From Acutalibacteraceae bacterium (GTDB taxonomy: Bacteria; Bacillota; Clostridia; Oscillospirales; Acutalibacteraceae), in NCBI GenBank assembly GCA_045600535.1, contig JAZRYD010000018.1, forward strand, positions 50,505 to 114,504: DNA of 64,000 nucleotides. The letters are read 5' to 3'. Of the stretch, positions 10,256 through 20,135 are shown in pieces; position 1 is the first letter of the stretch; each line of letters starts with the position of its first letter. Under the pieces are notes generated by a model. It did no database searches. It worked only from the letters and a program-made list of their open reading frames with translations, and was not told the origin of the DNA. The translations under genes and the position numbers were made by a program.

Positions 10256-11182
10256 TTAATTTTCTGCCGATGAAAGAAAATCGCAGGTAACGGAGCAAAG
10301 CTCCTCATATCTGTTTTCGATACATTGATGTCCTCCGCCCTTAACCTCATAATGCGCCGCATCTGCAAACGCTTCATTCACGGGGTCTTTCATTGCGGCA
10401 TTCAGAATAATATCCTTATCCGCCTGACACAGCAGAACGGGGCAGGCAATTTTATCTGCATTTTCAAGGTCGGTAGCTCTCACACGGTACATCATTTCGC
10501 ATATTCCGGCGCCGAAGCCGTTATACTGCACGGGGTCGGTAACGCCTGAAACATCGTAATTCATTGCAAATTTCCAATCGTTGGTTGCGGCATAGATAAC
10601 AAGCTTTACTATCGGGCTGAACCTTGTTCCGATATTGAAAAACGCCGTCATTATGCTTTCGACGGGCTTGGAGGTAAGAATACCCTTTGCCTTTTCGGGA
10701 AATTCCGACTGCGGTGCGGGGCAATAAAGCAGAAGCGCCTTAACGGGCTGTTCTTCGGCAATATTTATCGCCACGCCGCCGCCCATTGAGTGACCTGCTA
10801 TTATCCATTCTTCAATCGGCGCAATGCTTTTCATAAGCTCCGTTATGAGCTTTTCTCTTTCAACAAATTCAACCTCCGCACTCTCACGGGTGCTGAAACC
10901 GAATGACGGCAAATCCGCAAGCACGCATTCATAACCACGGTCCGAAAGCGAAGCGGCAAGATTTCTCCAGGCGTAGGTTGAACAGAGGAAGCCGTGAAGC
11001 ATCATTATTCTGCCCTTTTGTTCTCCGTTTGCGGGGATTATTCTGTAATGTATGTCATAATCGCCGTATGTAAAAAATCTGCTGTCATCATAAGGCTTTA
11101 TTGCGGAAGCGGCAGACGAAAAAACGGAAAAAGCCGAAACGAAAATAAAAAGTGCAAGAAATACGCTTATTATTCTTTTCAT
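10256..11182 (-). CDS. Secreted alpha/beta hydrolase
   Basis: Signal peptide, LHGF, DLPSFG, GHSMGG nucleophile elbow, GGGH. Confidence 0.88.
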   Translation of the reverse strand: MKRIISVFLALFIFVSAFSVFSSAASAIKPYDDSRFFTYGDYDIHYRIIPANGEQKGRIMMLHGFLCSTYAWRNLAASLSDRGYECVLADLPSFGFSTRESAEVEFVEREKLITELMKSIAPIEEWIIAGHSMGGGVAINIAEEQPVKALLLYCPAPQSEFPEKAKGILTSKPVESIMTAFFNIGTRFSPIVKLVIYAATNDWKFAMNYDVSGVTDPVQYNGFGAGICEMMYRVRATDLENADKIACPVLLCQADKDIILNAAMKDPVNEAFADAAHYEVKGGGHQCIENRYEELCSVTCDFLSSAEN

Positions 11183-11184
11183 AT

Positions 11185-11625
11185 TTATCCCTTTCCGGTT
11201 GAGCCGAAGCCGCCCGCACCTCTTGAGGTATCGCCGAGCTCCGTCACCTCGACGGGACTGACGGGAACAACGGGCATAATCACAAGCTGTGCTATGCGCT
11301 CATCGGGCTGAATTGTATAGGGTTCTTTAAACTGATTTATAAGACTTACGCATAATTCTCCTCTGTAATCGCTGTCAATTACTCCAACGCTGTTTGTAAG
11401 TCCCAATCCGTGCTTTACGGCAAGTCCGCTTCTTGCAAAAATGAATGCGGCAAGCTCGTTTGTTTCAAGCTCTATTGCAACTCCCGTGGGAATAATTCTG
11501 CTTTCGCCGCCGCAAAGCGTTACGGGTTCATCAATGCAGGCATATAAATCCATTCCGGCGCTTCCGTCGGTTGCGCGAAACGGAATTTTCGCATTCTCAC
11601 GCAGTTTCTTTATTTTAAGCTCCAT
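11185..11625 (-). CDS. dut: dUTP diphosphatase
   Basis: SAGMDL, RSGLA, GVIDSDYRGE, RIAQL, RGAGGFGSTG. Confidence 0.97.
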   Translation of the reverse strand: MELKIKKLRENAKIPFRATDGSAGMDLYACIDEPVTLCGGESRIIPTGVAIELETNELAAFIFARSGLAVKHGLGLTNSVGVIDSDYRGELCVSLINQFKEPYTIQPDERIAQLVIMPVVPVSPVEVTELGDTSRGAGGFGSTGKG

Positions 11626-12368
11626 TATTTCAGACAGCTCTCCTTATATTCTTCTTCGGGGATAACCTTTGCGTGGGGGCATTCAACCGCATCAACCATA
11701 CCGTTAACGGGGCTTGCCCAGCGAACGGCGTTGATGATTATCTGCTGAACCGGTTCGATGTGGTAAGTCGGGTTGCTCTCGTGACCGGGCTGGAAATAGA
11801 ATACCTTTCCGAGACCTCTCTGCCAGCAGCAGCCCGAACGGAATACCTCTCCGCCGGCAAACCAGCCGAGGAAAACAAGCTCATCTGGTTCGGGAATATC
11901 GAAGCGCTCGCCGTACATTTCTTCAGCGGGAATGTTGATATACTGAGGAATACCCTTTGCAATCGGGTGTGAGGGATTGACCGTCCAAAGGCGTTCACGG
12001 TCATTTTCACGCCATTGAAGATGGCAGGTTGTGCCCATAACCTTTTTGAATATCTTTGAATGATGTCCCGAGTGAAGCACGATAAGACCCATTCCGCACA
12101 TTACGCGGTTATGTATCTTTTCAACAAGCTTATCGGGAACCTTATCGTGAGCGCAATGGCCCCACCAGATGAGAACATCGGTATTGTCAAGCACCTCATC
12201 GGGCAGACCGCAATGTCTCTGGGAAAGTGTTGCCGTGCGAACCTGAATATCCTCCTGGCTTGAAAGGAAATTCTTGATGCAGCCGTGAATACCGGCAGGA
12301 TAAACAGCTGCAACCTCGTTGCTTGTTTTTTCGTGAAGACCCTCGTTCCAAACGGTAACTCTTATCAT
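11625..12368 (-). CDS. ThuA-like (trehalose utilisation) protein
   Basis: [45 protein letters not shown]. Confidence 0.9.
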   Translation of the reverse strand: MIRVTVWNEGLHEKTSNEVAAVYPAGIHGCIKNFLSSQEDIQVRTATLSQRHCGLPDEVLDNTDVLIWWGHCAHDKVPDKLVEKIHNRVMCGMGLIVLHSGHHSKIFKKVMGTTCHLQWRENDRERLWTVNPSHPIAKGIPQYINIPAEEMYGERFDIPEPDELVFLGWFAGGEVFRSGCCWQRGLGKVFYFQPGHESNPTYHIEPVQQIIINAVRWASPVNGMVDAVECPHAKVIPEEEYKESCLK

Positions 12369-12380
12369 AGTGCTTTCTCC

Positions 12381-13403
12381 TTATCTTAATTTTTTTATTA
12401 TCTCCTGCGAAGCGGCAACGATTTTCGCCGCAGCAGGTTTAAGCGTTAAATCCATTTCTCCCATAAACTCAACGGCAGTACCGTCAAAACCGATTTTGAA
12501 GCGGTAAAGACCGTCGCTGTCGTCCTGAACGCCCGAATACCCGCGGAAATCATAAATGCGGCAGTTTTTCTCAATTGCCCACTTTATCATTTCCCATTGA
12601 ACAAGATAATTCGGCATAACATTTCTGTGCTCATTGGAGCTTGCACCGTAGAAATACCAGAGCTTGTCCCCCCAATAAACGGCTATTGCTCCCGCAATCG
12701 GCTTGCCCTCAAAATATGCCATATAGAGTCTTGCATCTTCTCCGAAAACATCGAGAATTTTTTTGAAATATTCCGCTCCTCTGAGCGCAAAGCCGTCTCT
12801 TTCGCAGGTGACTTTCATAATATCATAAAATTCACTCGCCATATCGCTTTCGCATATCCTGACTTCAACACCTTTTCTGCCTGCAAGTCTGATATTATAG
12901 CGCCATTTTGACTGGAATGCGGAGAACAGCTCGTCCTCGCTTCTGCCGTCTATATTTATTCTGACCGCCCAGCGGCATTGGAAATCGTGAAAACCGATTT
13001 CGGCAGGCTTGATATTGAAGCCCTCATTTTTAACTATGCTCTTATATACTTCATCATCGGCGGAAATATCCTTGTCGATTTTCAGCACATAGGCGTTATA
13101 TTTTTTGCCCTCTTTTTTTGCGGCTTCAATCAGGGCGTGAAAGGTTTCGCTGTCCGACGGGTCGCAGACGGGGCCTCTCGGTGCATACATCATATGATAA
13201 GGCAGACCCGAGATTTTGCGAAGCAGAACCGACATCGTTCCGCATATTTCTCCGGAATCGTTTCGGCAGATTATTCCGAACCATTTCCAATCGTCTTTAA
13301 CTCTGCCCCATAATGAGGTCTGCATAAAGTGACCGTAAGGCTTTTCGCTGTTAAAACGGTCAATCTCCGCAGCATTATTTATATCTACTGTTTCTGTTTT
13401 CAA
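12381..13403 (-). CDS. FemABX/MurM-family lipid II aminoacyltransferase
   Basis: HFMQT..WG.VK, YAPRGP, KWRYNIR.A, YFYGASS, YDFRG, GLYRFK.GF; TTG start; next to alr. Confidence 0.9.
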   Translation of the reverse strand: MKTETVDINNAAEIDRFNSEKPYGHFMQTSLWGRVKDDWKWFGIICRNDSGEICGTMSVLLRKISGLPYHMMYAPRGPVCDPSDSETFHALIEAAKKEGKKYNAYVLKIDKDISADDEVYKSIVKNEGFNIKPAEIGFHDFQCRWAVRINIDGRSEDELFSAFQSKWRYNIRLAGRKGVEVRICESDMASEFYDIMKVTCERDGFALRGAEYFKKILDVFGEDARLYMAYFEGKPIAGAIAVYWGDKLWYFYGASSNEHRNVMPNYLVQWEMIKWAIEKNCRIYDFRGYSGVQDDSDGLYRFKIGFDGTAVEFMGEMDLTLKPAAAKIVAASQEIIKKLR

Positions 13404-13427
13404 AATTCTGTCCTCGCATTATCTTGA

Positions 13428-14609
13428 TTATTTCATATAGTCGGCTATTGCTTCAACCTCACGGTTTCGGGTGTAAACTCTCGGAACTCTCTTGTTTATT
13501 CCGCAGATTATTTCATAGTTTATCGTTCCCGTTGAAGCGGCTATGGCATCAACCGAAATCGGACTTTCGGGGTTATCGTCAAAAACGGTTACGGATTTTC
13601 CCTCCTGAACCTTGTCAAGCTGAGAAACATCAAGCATACATTGGTCCATACAGATTTTTCCCACAACGGGAACAAGCTTTTCGCCGATGAGCATTTTTGC
13701 CTTGCCAGAGAGCAGTCTCGGGAAGCCGTCGGCATAACCTATCGGAACGGTGGCAAGCTTCAAATTCTTTTCGCTTGTGTAGGTTCTGCCGTAGCTCACG
13801 GGAGTATCCTCGGGAATATCCTTTACCATTGAAATAACGGTTTTCATTTTAAGTGCGGGTTTGAGATTTATTTTTCCTTTAATGAATTGTGACGGCATAA
13901 GGCCGTAAAGAATTACACCCGGGCGCACAAGGTCAAGATGCATTTCGGGATAAAGTATCGTTGCGGCGGAATTGCAGCAATGACGGAAACGGAATTTTAT
14001 CCCCTCAAATTCAAGACAGTCAATAACGGTTTTGAAAAGCTCATACTGAAGACGAGTGAAAAGCTCTCCGTTTTCTTCATCGGCAGAGGCAAAATGAGTG
14101 AATATTCCCTCGGGATAAAGCCCGTCAAGCCTGCATACCTGCGCAATTTCTTCAATAGAACCGACATCGCGGATACTGTCGTGATAAACAAATCCGAGTC
14201 TGCTCATTCCCGTATCAACCTTGATATGAATGCTTATCTGCACACCGCTTTCAACCGCTTTTTTTGAAAGCTTTTTTGCGTAATCGTAATTGATAACCGC
14301 CTGAGAAATATTATTTACGGCAAGAGTTTCGGCATATTCGGGCGGAGTGTATCCGAGAATGAGGATTGAACAGTCGGAATTTACCGCTCTTACCTGCATT
14401 GCCTCTTCAAGATTTGAAACGGCGAACCAGTTACAGCCGCAGTCAGAAAATTCCTTCACAACATATTCAACGCCGTGACCGTATGCGTCTGCCTTGACAA
14501 CGGCAATCATATCCGTTCCCGGGGAAAGAGTTTCCTTTATTGTATCATAATTATATCTTAGAGCATCGAGACTTATTTCCGTCCACGTTCTTCTGAAATA
14601 TTTTTTCAT
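13428..14609 (-). CDS. alr: Alanine racemase
   Basis: AVVKADAYGHG, HIKVDTGMSRLG, VSYG, GYADG, CMDQ. Confidence 0.96.
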   Translation of the reverse strand: MKKYFRRTWTEISLDALRYNYDTIKETLSPGTDMIAVVKADAYGHGVEYVVKEFSDCGCNWFAVSNLEEAMQVRAVNSDCSILILGYTPPEYAETLAVNNISQAVINYDYAKKLSKKAVESGVQISIHIKVDTGMSRLGFVYHDSIRDVGSIEEIAQVCRLDGLYPEGIFTHFASADEENGELFTRLQYELFKTVIDCLEFEGIKFRFRHCCNSAATILYPEMHLDLVRPGVILYGLMPSQFIKGKINLKPALKMKTVISMVKDIPEDTPVSYGRTYTSEKNLKLATVPIGYADGFPRLLSGKAKMLIGEKLVPVVGKICMDQCMLDVSQLDKVQEGKSVTVFDDNPESPISVDAIAASTGTINYEIICGINKRVPRVYTRNREVEAIADYMK

Positions 14610-14643
14610 AATGTACTCTCTTTTAATGATATTTTGCTATTAC

Positions 14644-14672
14644 ATTATAAATCTATTCTTATTTTGTGTCAA
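14644..14672 (-). promoter_or_regulatory. Consensus sigma-A promoter of the alr operon
   Basis: TTGACA (14672-14667), 17 nt, TATAAT (14649-14644). Confidence 0.75.
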
Positions 14673-14685
14673 TATTCTGCAAATT

Positions 14686-14714
14686 AAAAAAAGACGGTTT
14701 GCACCGTCTTTTTT
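14686..14714 (-). terminator. Terminator after pnp
   Basis: AAAAAAGACGGT-ttgc-ACCGTCTTTTTT hairpin with A/T tracts. Confidence 0.85.
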
Positions 14715-14721
14715 ATTATTA

Positions 14722-16920
14722 TCAGTCTTCGTGTCTTCTGGTTCTGCCGCCTCTGTCGCCTCTGAAGCCTCTGCCTGCGGGTTTTCTGGGAGCATCGGAA
14801 ACGGTGTTCTCGGGAACAAGCCCCTCAACCTCTATAAGAGCCTCGCGGCGTGAGAAGTTCAGTCTGCCCTGGTCGTCCTTCGGAAGAACCTTAACGATAA
14901 CCTCGTCGCCTACATTGACAACATCTTCAACCTTTTCGGTTCTCTTAACGTCAAGCTGGCTGATGTGAACCATTCCCTCTTTGCCGGGAGCGATTTCAAC
15001 AAATGCGCCGAAGCTCATAAGGCGGGTAACAACGCCCTTGTAAATTGCGCCCTCTTCGGGGTCGTTGGCAATTGTTTCGATGATGAAGAGTGCTCTCTTT
15101 GCATCGTCAATATCAGTTGACGAAACGAAGATATTGCCGTCCTCCTGAACATCAATCTTGCAGTTGCACTCTGCACAGATTTTCTGAATAACCTTGCCCT
15201 GCTTGCCGATAACATCACCGATTTTCTCGGGGTCAATCTTGGTTGTGAGCATCTTGGGAGCCCACTTTGAAAGCTCCTTGCGCGGCTCGGCAATAACGGG
15301 AGTCATAATTTCATCTATGATATAGCAGCGTGCCTTATAGGTCTTTTCAAGTGCTTCCTTGATGATTGCGGGGGTAAGGCCGTGAACCTTGAGGTCCATC
15401 TGAATTGAGGTTATACCTTTCTTTGTTCCGGCAACCTTGAAGTCCATATCGCCGAAGAAATCCTCAAGACCCTGAATATCAACCATGGTCATGAAGCGGT
15501 CACCCTCGGTGATAAGTCCGCAGGAGATACCCGCAACGGGAGCTTTGATGGGAACGCCGGCAGCCATAAGAGAAAGAGTTGAGCCGCAGACCGAACCCTG
15601 AGAGGTTGAACCGTTTGAGGAAAGAACCTCGGATACAACACGGATTGTGTAGGGGAATTCTTCAACTGAGGGAAGAACGGGAACGAGTGAACGCTCGGCA
15701 AGTGCGCCGTGACCGATTTCGCGTCTGCCGGGGCCTCTGCTGGGCTTGGTTTCGCCAACGGAATATGAGGGGAAGTTATAGTGGTGCATATAGCGCTTGC
15801 TTTCTTCCTCGTCAAGTCCGTCAAGAAGCTGAGCATCGCTCATGGGTCCGAGAGTTGTAACGGAAAGAACCTGAGTCTGACCTCTGGTGAACATACCCGA
15901 ACCGTGAACTCTGTCAAGCAGGTCGATTTCGGCGTTAAGGGGTCTTATCTCGTTGATTCCTCTGCCGTCAACACGCTTGCCGTCATCAAGAAGCCAGCGG
16001 CGAACAACATACTTCTGAACCTTATAGAGACATTCTTCAATCTTAACTTCCATTTCGGGATAGATTTCATCGAATTTCTCGTGAACCTTATCGTAAACGG
16101 GCTTAAGGCGCTCGTCACGGATTCTCTTATCGTCGGTATCGAGAGCTGCACGGATATCCTCAATTGAGAACTCCTTGATAGCCTCATACATTTCGGGGTC
16201 GGGGTCGTTTGACGGGAAGTCAACCTTCTCTTTGCCGCACTCGGCTTTAATCTGATTGATGAACTCAACTATCTTCTGGTTCTCTCTGTGAGCGAACATG
16301 ATTCCTTCATACATATCCTCATTGGATACTTCGTTTGCACCTGCTTCAATCATTGCAACAAGGTCGCTGGTTGAAGCAACGGTAACATACATATCGCTCT
16401 TTTCTCTCTGCTCGAGAGTGGGGTTGATAACATACTGACCGTCAACAAGTCCCACAACAACGCCGGAAATCGGGCCGTCCCAGGGAATTTCGGAAATGGA
16501 GATGGCAACGGAAACACCGAGCATTGCGGTGATACCGGGCTCGCAGTCGGGGTCAACCGACATAACGGTTGCAACAACGCCTACATCGTTTCTCATATCC
16601 TTGGGGAAAAGAGGACGAATGGGTCTGTCGATAACTCTGGAAGCAAGGGTGGCCTTTTCGGTTGCCTTGCCCTCACGGCGCTGGAATGAGCCGGGGATTC
16701 TGCCTACTGAATAAAGCTTCTCCTCATAATCAACGGAAAGGGGGAAGAAGTCAACGCCTTCACGGGGCTTGGGAGCCATTGTAGCCGTGCAGAGAACGTT
16801 GGTGTCGCCGTAGCGAACAAGGCATGAACCGCCTGCAAGCTGTGCCATTTTGCCGACCTCAACAACGAACGGTCTGCCGGCAATTTCTGTTTCGTACTTT
16901 TTGAAAGCTTTGAAGAACAT
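14722..16920 (-). CDS. pnp: Polyribonucleotide nucleotidyltransferase (PNPase)
   Basis: FFPLSVDYEE, RREIGHGALAER, GDMDFKVAGT, KH and S1 domains. Confidence 0.98.
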   Translation of the reverse strand: MFFKAFKKYETEIAGRPFVVEVGKMAQLAGGSCLVRYGDTNVLCTATMAPKPREGVDFFPLSVDYEEKLYSVGRIPGSFQRREGKATEKATLASRVIDRPIRPLFPKDMRNDVGVVATVMSVDPDCEPGITAMLGVSVAISISEIPWDGPISGVVVGLVDGQYVINPTLEQREKSDMYVTVASTSDLVAMIEAGANEVSNEDMYEGIMFAHRENQKIVEFINQIKAECGKEKVDFPSNDPDPEMYEAIKEFSIEDIRAALDTDDKRIRDERLKPVYDKVHEKFDEIYPEMEVKIEECLYKVQKYVVRRWLLDDGKRVDGRGINEIRPLNAEIDLLDRVHGSGMFTRGQTQVLSVTTLGPMSDAQLLDGLDEEESKRYMHHYNFPSYSVGETKPSRGPGRREIGHGALAERSLVPVLPSVEEFPYTIRVVSEVLSSNGSTSQGSVCGSTLSLMAAGVPIKAPVAGISCGLITEGDRFMTMVDIQGLEDFFGDMDFKVAGTKKGITSIQMDLKVHGLTPAIIKEALEKTYKARCYIIDEIMTPVIAEPRKELSKWAPKMLTTKIDPEKIGDVIGKQGKVIQKICAECNCKIDVQEDGNIFVSSTDIDDAKRALFIIETIANDPEEGAIYKGVVTRLMSFGAFVEIAPGKEGMVHISQLDVKRTEKVEDVVNVGDEVIVKVLPKDDQGRLNFSRREALIEVEGLVPENTVSDAPRKPAGRGFRGDRGGRTRRHED

Positions 16921-16951
16921 AATTTTACCTCTCTGTAAATTTTTATTTCCA

Positions 16952-17035
16952 CAGGCGGTAACGGTTTAGCAATAAATCCAGCCTCCGAAGCCTTCGGAAG
17001 CTCGATTCACTGCTAAAACCGGTTTGCTCCGCCTG
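16952..17035 (-). promoter_or_regulatory. Long stem-loop in pnp leader (probable RNase III/autoregulatory structure)
   Basis: CAGGCGG/CCGCCTG, GGTTTTAGCAGTGAATC/GATTTATTGCTAAACC and AGCTTCCGAAG/CTTCGGAGGCT nested pairing. Confidence 0.65.
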
Positions 17036-17049
17036 AAAGATGCAATTAG

Positions 17050-17088
17050 AAAACGCAACAAGCAGGCAGGAGACATTCTCCCGCCTGC
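17050..17088 (-). terminator. Terminator after rpsO
   Basis: GCAGGCGGGAG-aatgt-CTCCTGCCTGC followed by a U-rich tail. Confidence 0.7.
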
Positions 17089-17097
17089 CGTTTTGAA

Positions 17098-17361
17098 TTA
17101 TTTACGAAGTCCGAGTCTTGCAACGATTGAACGGTAACGCTCAATGTCAACCTTCTGAAGGTATGCAAGAAGGTTTCTTCTGCGGCCGACCATCATAAGA
17201 AGGCCTCTTCTTGAGTGGTGGTCTTTCTTGTGAACCTTAAGATGCTCGTTAAGGTCATTGATTCTCTTGGTAAGAACTGCAATCTGAACTTCGGGTGAAC
17301 CTGTGTCGCCCTCGTGAGTTGCATATTCCTGCATGATTGCTGTTTTTTCTGCCTGTGTCAT
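17098..17361 (-). CDS. rpsO: 30S ribosomal protein S15
   Basis: [30 protein letters not shown]. Confidence 0.99.
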   Translation of the reverse strand: MTQAEKTAIMQEYATHEGDTGSPEVQIAVLTKRINDLNEHLKVHKKDHHSRRGLLMMVGRRRNLLAYLQKVDIERYRSIVARLGLRK

Positions 17362-17384
17362 TTTCTTTCACCTCATTTAATTAT

Positions 17385-17496
17385 TTGCCTCGTCCACAGA
17401 AAGCGGCAGGTGAATTCCTCTTTGAGGATTACTCCGTTATCCGAGAAACGGGCACAATGCAAAAGTGATTATATCACAAAGAATAATCATTGTAAA
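17385..17496 (-). promoter_or_regulatory. rpsO promoter and structured leader (candidate S15 autoregulatory leader)
   Basis: TTTACA-17-TATAAT with TG extension (17496-17468); leader closed by TGCCCGT/ACGAGGCA with internal hairpin ATCCTC-aaa-GAGGA. Confidence 0.55.
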
Positions 17497-17723
17497 GTCT
17501 TTTTTTAATTTTTATTTATTTTCCCGTTATTTTTATATCTGCATAAACTGAATACGGGAGCAAAACAAGGAGAAACTGCCGTGCGGTGGTGACTGCACCC
17601 GTGAACAGCCGCAGGCATAAGGTTTTTCCATTATATACAGCCCGTTTTAATTCCGAATTAAAGCGGGCTTTGCCGGGGTCGGAATTAGAAATTAAGCATT
17701 TGGAATTAAAGGACAATTTTATT

Positions 17724-17906
17724 AGTTAGAAGTTAGAAATGAGCAGTTAGAAGTTTTTAATTCGGAATTCGGAATTCCGAATTAAGGTGCGCAAGCGCCG
17801 GATTTTATATTTGCCTTCCCCTTGAGGGGAAGGGGGACCGCTTGCGGTGGATGAGGTGGATTTATAAATTCGGAATGCGGAATCAAGGGTGTTCCGAATC
17901 CCGAAA
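17724..17906 (+). repeat. Composite intergenic repeat, copy 1 (heptamer arrays, hairpin, REP-like core)
   Basis: AGTTAGA and AATTCGG heptamer runs; 46-nt core 17813-17858 identical to 60252-60297. Confidence 0.85.
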
Positions 17907-18839
17907 TTAAACAGCGACCTTTTCCTTAACTTCTTTTTTCTCGGGAGCGTAAATGTTTGTGAAGTTGATAAGGAACAAAACAACATATGCCGCCCACATC
18001 GGGAGATTTTCTATCATTGCGCTCTTGCCTACCGTTACAAGCAGAACAAGCATTGCGGCAAGGATTGCACAGAAGATAAAGAATGTTGCGGTATATTTTT
18101 TATCCTTTTCTCTTGTCTTTTTGAAGAGGAAAAGAACAAGCGGTGCAGCGCACAGGAACGCAAACAGAAGCGCTCCGCCCCAGTGACCCAGGCATCTGGC
18201 GCTATTAAGATAAAGTCCCTCGCCCATTGACGGAAGATTGATTGTCATAAATATTGCGGCGCTTCCGAGAGAGCCGAGTATTATGCAAAGGGGGCTGTAA
18301 TAATTATTCTTGCGGAAAACATAGAGAGTATTCACGAAAACGGACTCCGATGCAAATATTCCCCACATTTTGAAGTGCCAGGGGTATTCAAGTCCTATCA
18401 TACTTGCCGTTATGTATTTAACCTTATCCATAAACGAAGCGGGAACAAATTCGCCGTCAACTCTCTTGTCAACATCGAAAATTCCGTACCAGGTGATGAA
18501 AACAAAGCCGAGAATAAGGCTTACGAGGCAGAAGATTTTCGCGCCCTTGCCGGGTTCTTTATCGAAGAGCATTTTTTTGATATATACCGCAAAAAGCGCA
18601 AGGCAGATTACCGAAACCGCAACCCACACGGGATAGAGCCATTCTCTGCCCGCCATACCCGTTATATCCGACGGATATGTGTACGCCTGTTCGCCGAGTC
18701 CGATATACGGATTTTTGAGATATACGCCGAGGGTAATATCTTTCATAAAGAATATCATCCATATGGCATAAGCTGCCGTAATTGCCGCCCACAAAGCCGT
18801 AAAGCCCTTGGGCATTTTTTTGCCGAGTCTGTTTTCCAT
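17907..18839 (-). CDS. Multi-pass membrane protein of unknown function
   Basis: 310 aa, about 8 hydrophobic segments, RBS GGAGG. Confidence 0.75.
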   Translation of the reverse strand: MENRLGKKMPKGFTALWAAITAAYAIWMIFFMKDITLGVYLKNPYIGLGEQAYTYPSDITGMAGREWLYPVWVAVSVICLALFAVYIKKMLFDKEPGKGAKIFCLVSLILGFVFITWYGIFDVDKRVDGEFVPASFMDKVKYITASMIGLEYPWHFKMWGIFASESVFVNTLYVFRKNNYYSPLCIILGSLGSAAIFMTINLPSMGEGLYLNSARCLGHWGGALLFAFLCAAPLVLFLFKKTREKDKKYTATFFIFCAILAAMLVLLVTVGKSAMIENLPMWAAYVVLFLINFTNIYAPEKKEVKEKVAV

Positions 18840-18904
18840 AATTCTTCCTCCGTTCTGTTTGGTAAGATTATTTTAACATACTTTTTTCTTTTTTGGCAAG
18901 TGTT

Positions 18905-20119
18905 TTATTTTTCAAGGAACTCCTTCATAAGTCCGGGGCCGAAGCCGACAAAATCACCCGTGGCCTTTGCGCTGTTTTCGTTAACCGAATCAACTCCGCT
19001 CTCAATTTCTCCGTTCTTATGATAAATCATAAACGGTACGGGGTCGCCTGCGTGGGTCTTGGTAACTATCGGAGTGGGGTGGTCGGGGAGTATCATAACC
19101 TTATAATCATCGCCGCAGTTATCAAGATAGCCGAGAATTATCGGGAGAACCTTTTCGTCTATAAGCTCAATGGCTCTTACCTTATTTTCGGGTTCGTTGC
19201 GGTGTCCGCATTCATCGGGAGCTTCAAAATGCAGATAAACAAGGTCCGCACCGTTTTTCCATTCATCAACGGCGGCGTTTGCCTTGCCCTCAAAGTTGGT
19301 ATCAATATAGCCCGTTGCACCCTTAACCTCGGGAGTGTTCATTCCCGCACAGATGCCTATTCCCTTAAGCAGGTCAACGGCGGAAATTATGCTTCCCTTA
19401 ACGCCGTAAAGCTTTTCAAAGCTTTCAAGGGCGGGCTTGCTTCCCTCACCCCAGAGCCATATTGAATTTGCGGGTCTCTTACCCTCGGCAATACGCTTTT
19501 TATTGACGGGGTGGTCTTTCAGAAGCTCATAGCTTTCTTTCATCATCGCAATGAGCTTTTCGGCATTCGGAGAATCGGAAAGATAGCTTCCCACAACTCT
19601 GCCGGAAATATCGTGAGGCGGAGTCATTTTGCCGAGCTGAGTTGTGCCGTGGCGGCAGATAAGGCAATGGCGGTAGCTTACTCCGCTGTAAAATGCAAAT
19701 TCGTCATTACCGAAATGCTCCTGAACGGTTTTGATTATTTCAGCCGCTTCCTCGGTGGAAATATCGCCGGCGGAATAATCAACCATTGTTTTATCCTCAT
19801 AATTTTCTTCATCGCTGAGAGTTACAACATTGCATCTGAGCGCCACATCGTCATCAGCCATTTTAACGCCGATGCTGACCGCCTCAAGCGGAGACCTGCC
19901 GGTATAGCATTTTGACGGGTCATAGCCCAGAACGCTGAGATTTGCAACATCGCTGCCGGGCTTTAATCCGTCGGCAACGGTTTTAACAAGACCAACTCTG
20001 CCCCTCTGACCGAGTGAATCAAAGAGCGGCTTTTTTGCAAGCTCCATCGGAGTTTTGCCGTTCAGCGCCGGAACGGGATAATCCGCCATTCCGTCATAAA
20101 GTACAACTGCATATTTCAT
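18905..20119 (-). CDS. apgM: Cofactor-independent phosphoglycerate mutase (ApgM type)
   Basis: DGMAD, GKTPME.A, PGSDVANLS, GRSPLEA, EAPDECGH, PDHPTP. Confidence 0.9.
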   Translation of the reverse strand: MKYAVVLYDGMADYPVPALNGKTPMELAKKPLFDSLGQRGRVGLVKTVADGLKPGSDVANLSVLGYDPSKCYTGRSPLEAVSIGVKMADDDVALRCNVVTLSDEENYEDKTMVDYSAGDISTEEAAEIIKTVQEHFGNDEFAFYSGVSYRHCLICRHGTTQLGKMTPPHDISGRVVGSYLSDSPNAEKLIAMMKESYELLKDHPVNKKRIAEGKRPANSIWLWGEGSKPALESFEKLYGVKGSIISAVDLLKGIGICAGMNTPEVKGATGYIDTNFEGKANAAVDEWKNGADLVYLHFEAPDECGHRNEPENKVRAIELIDEKVLPIILGYLDNCGDDYKVMILPDHPTPIVTKTHAGDPVPFMIYHKNGEIESGVDSVNENSAKATGDFVGFGPGLMKEFLEK

Positions 20120-20135
20120 TATATATTCCTCCTGA

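Noticed and set aside
17724-17906. Possible CRISPR array from the repeated AATTCGG units
   Set aside because: Units are 7-nt tandem repeats without unique spacers, and no cas genes are present
17516-17986. Short ORFs 17516-17716 and 17747-17986
   Set aside because: They run through hairpins and heptamer/REP repeats, giving repeat-derived translations, and lack an RBS
18375-19465. Long antisense ORFs (also 872-1444, 21104-21679, 23680-24279, 24760-25371, 56105-56836, 61814-62428)
   Set aside because: Shadows of well-supported genes on the opposite strand, with no motifs or RBS
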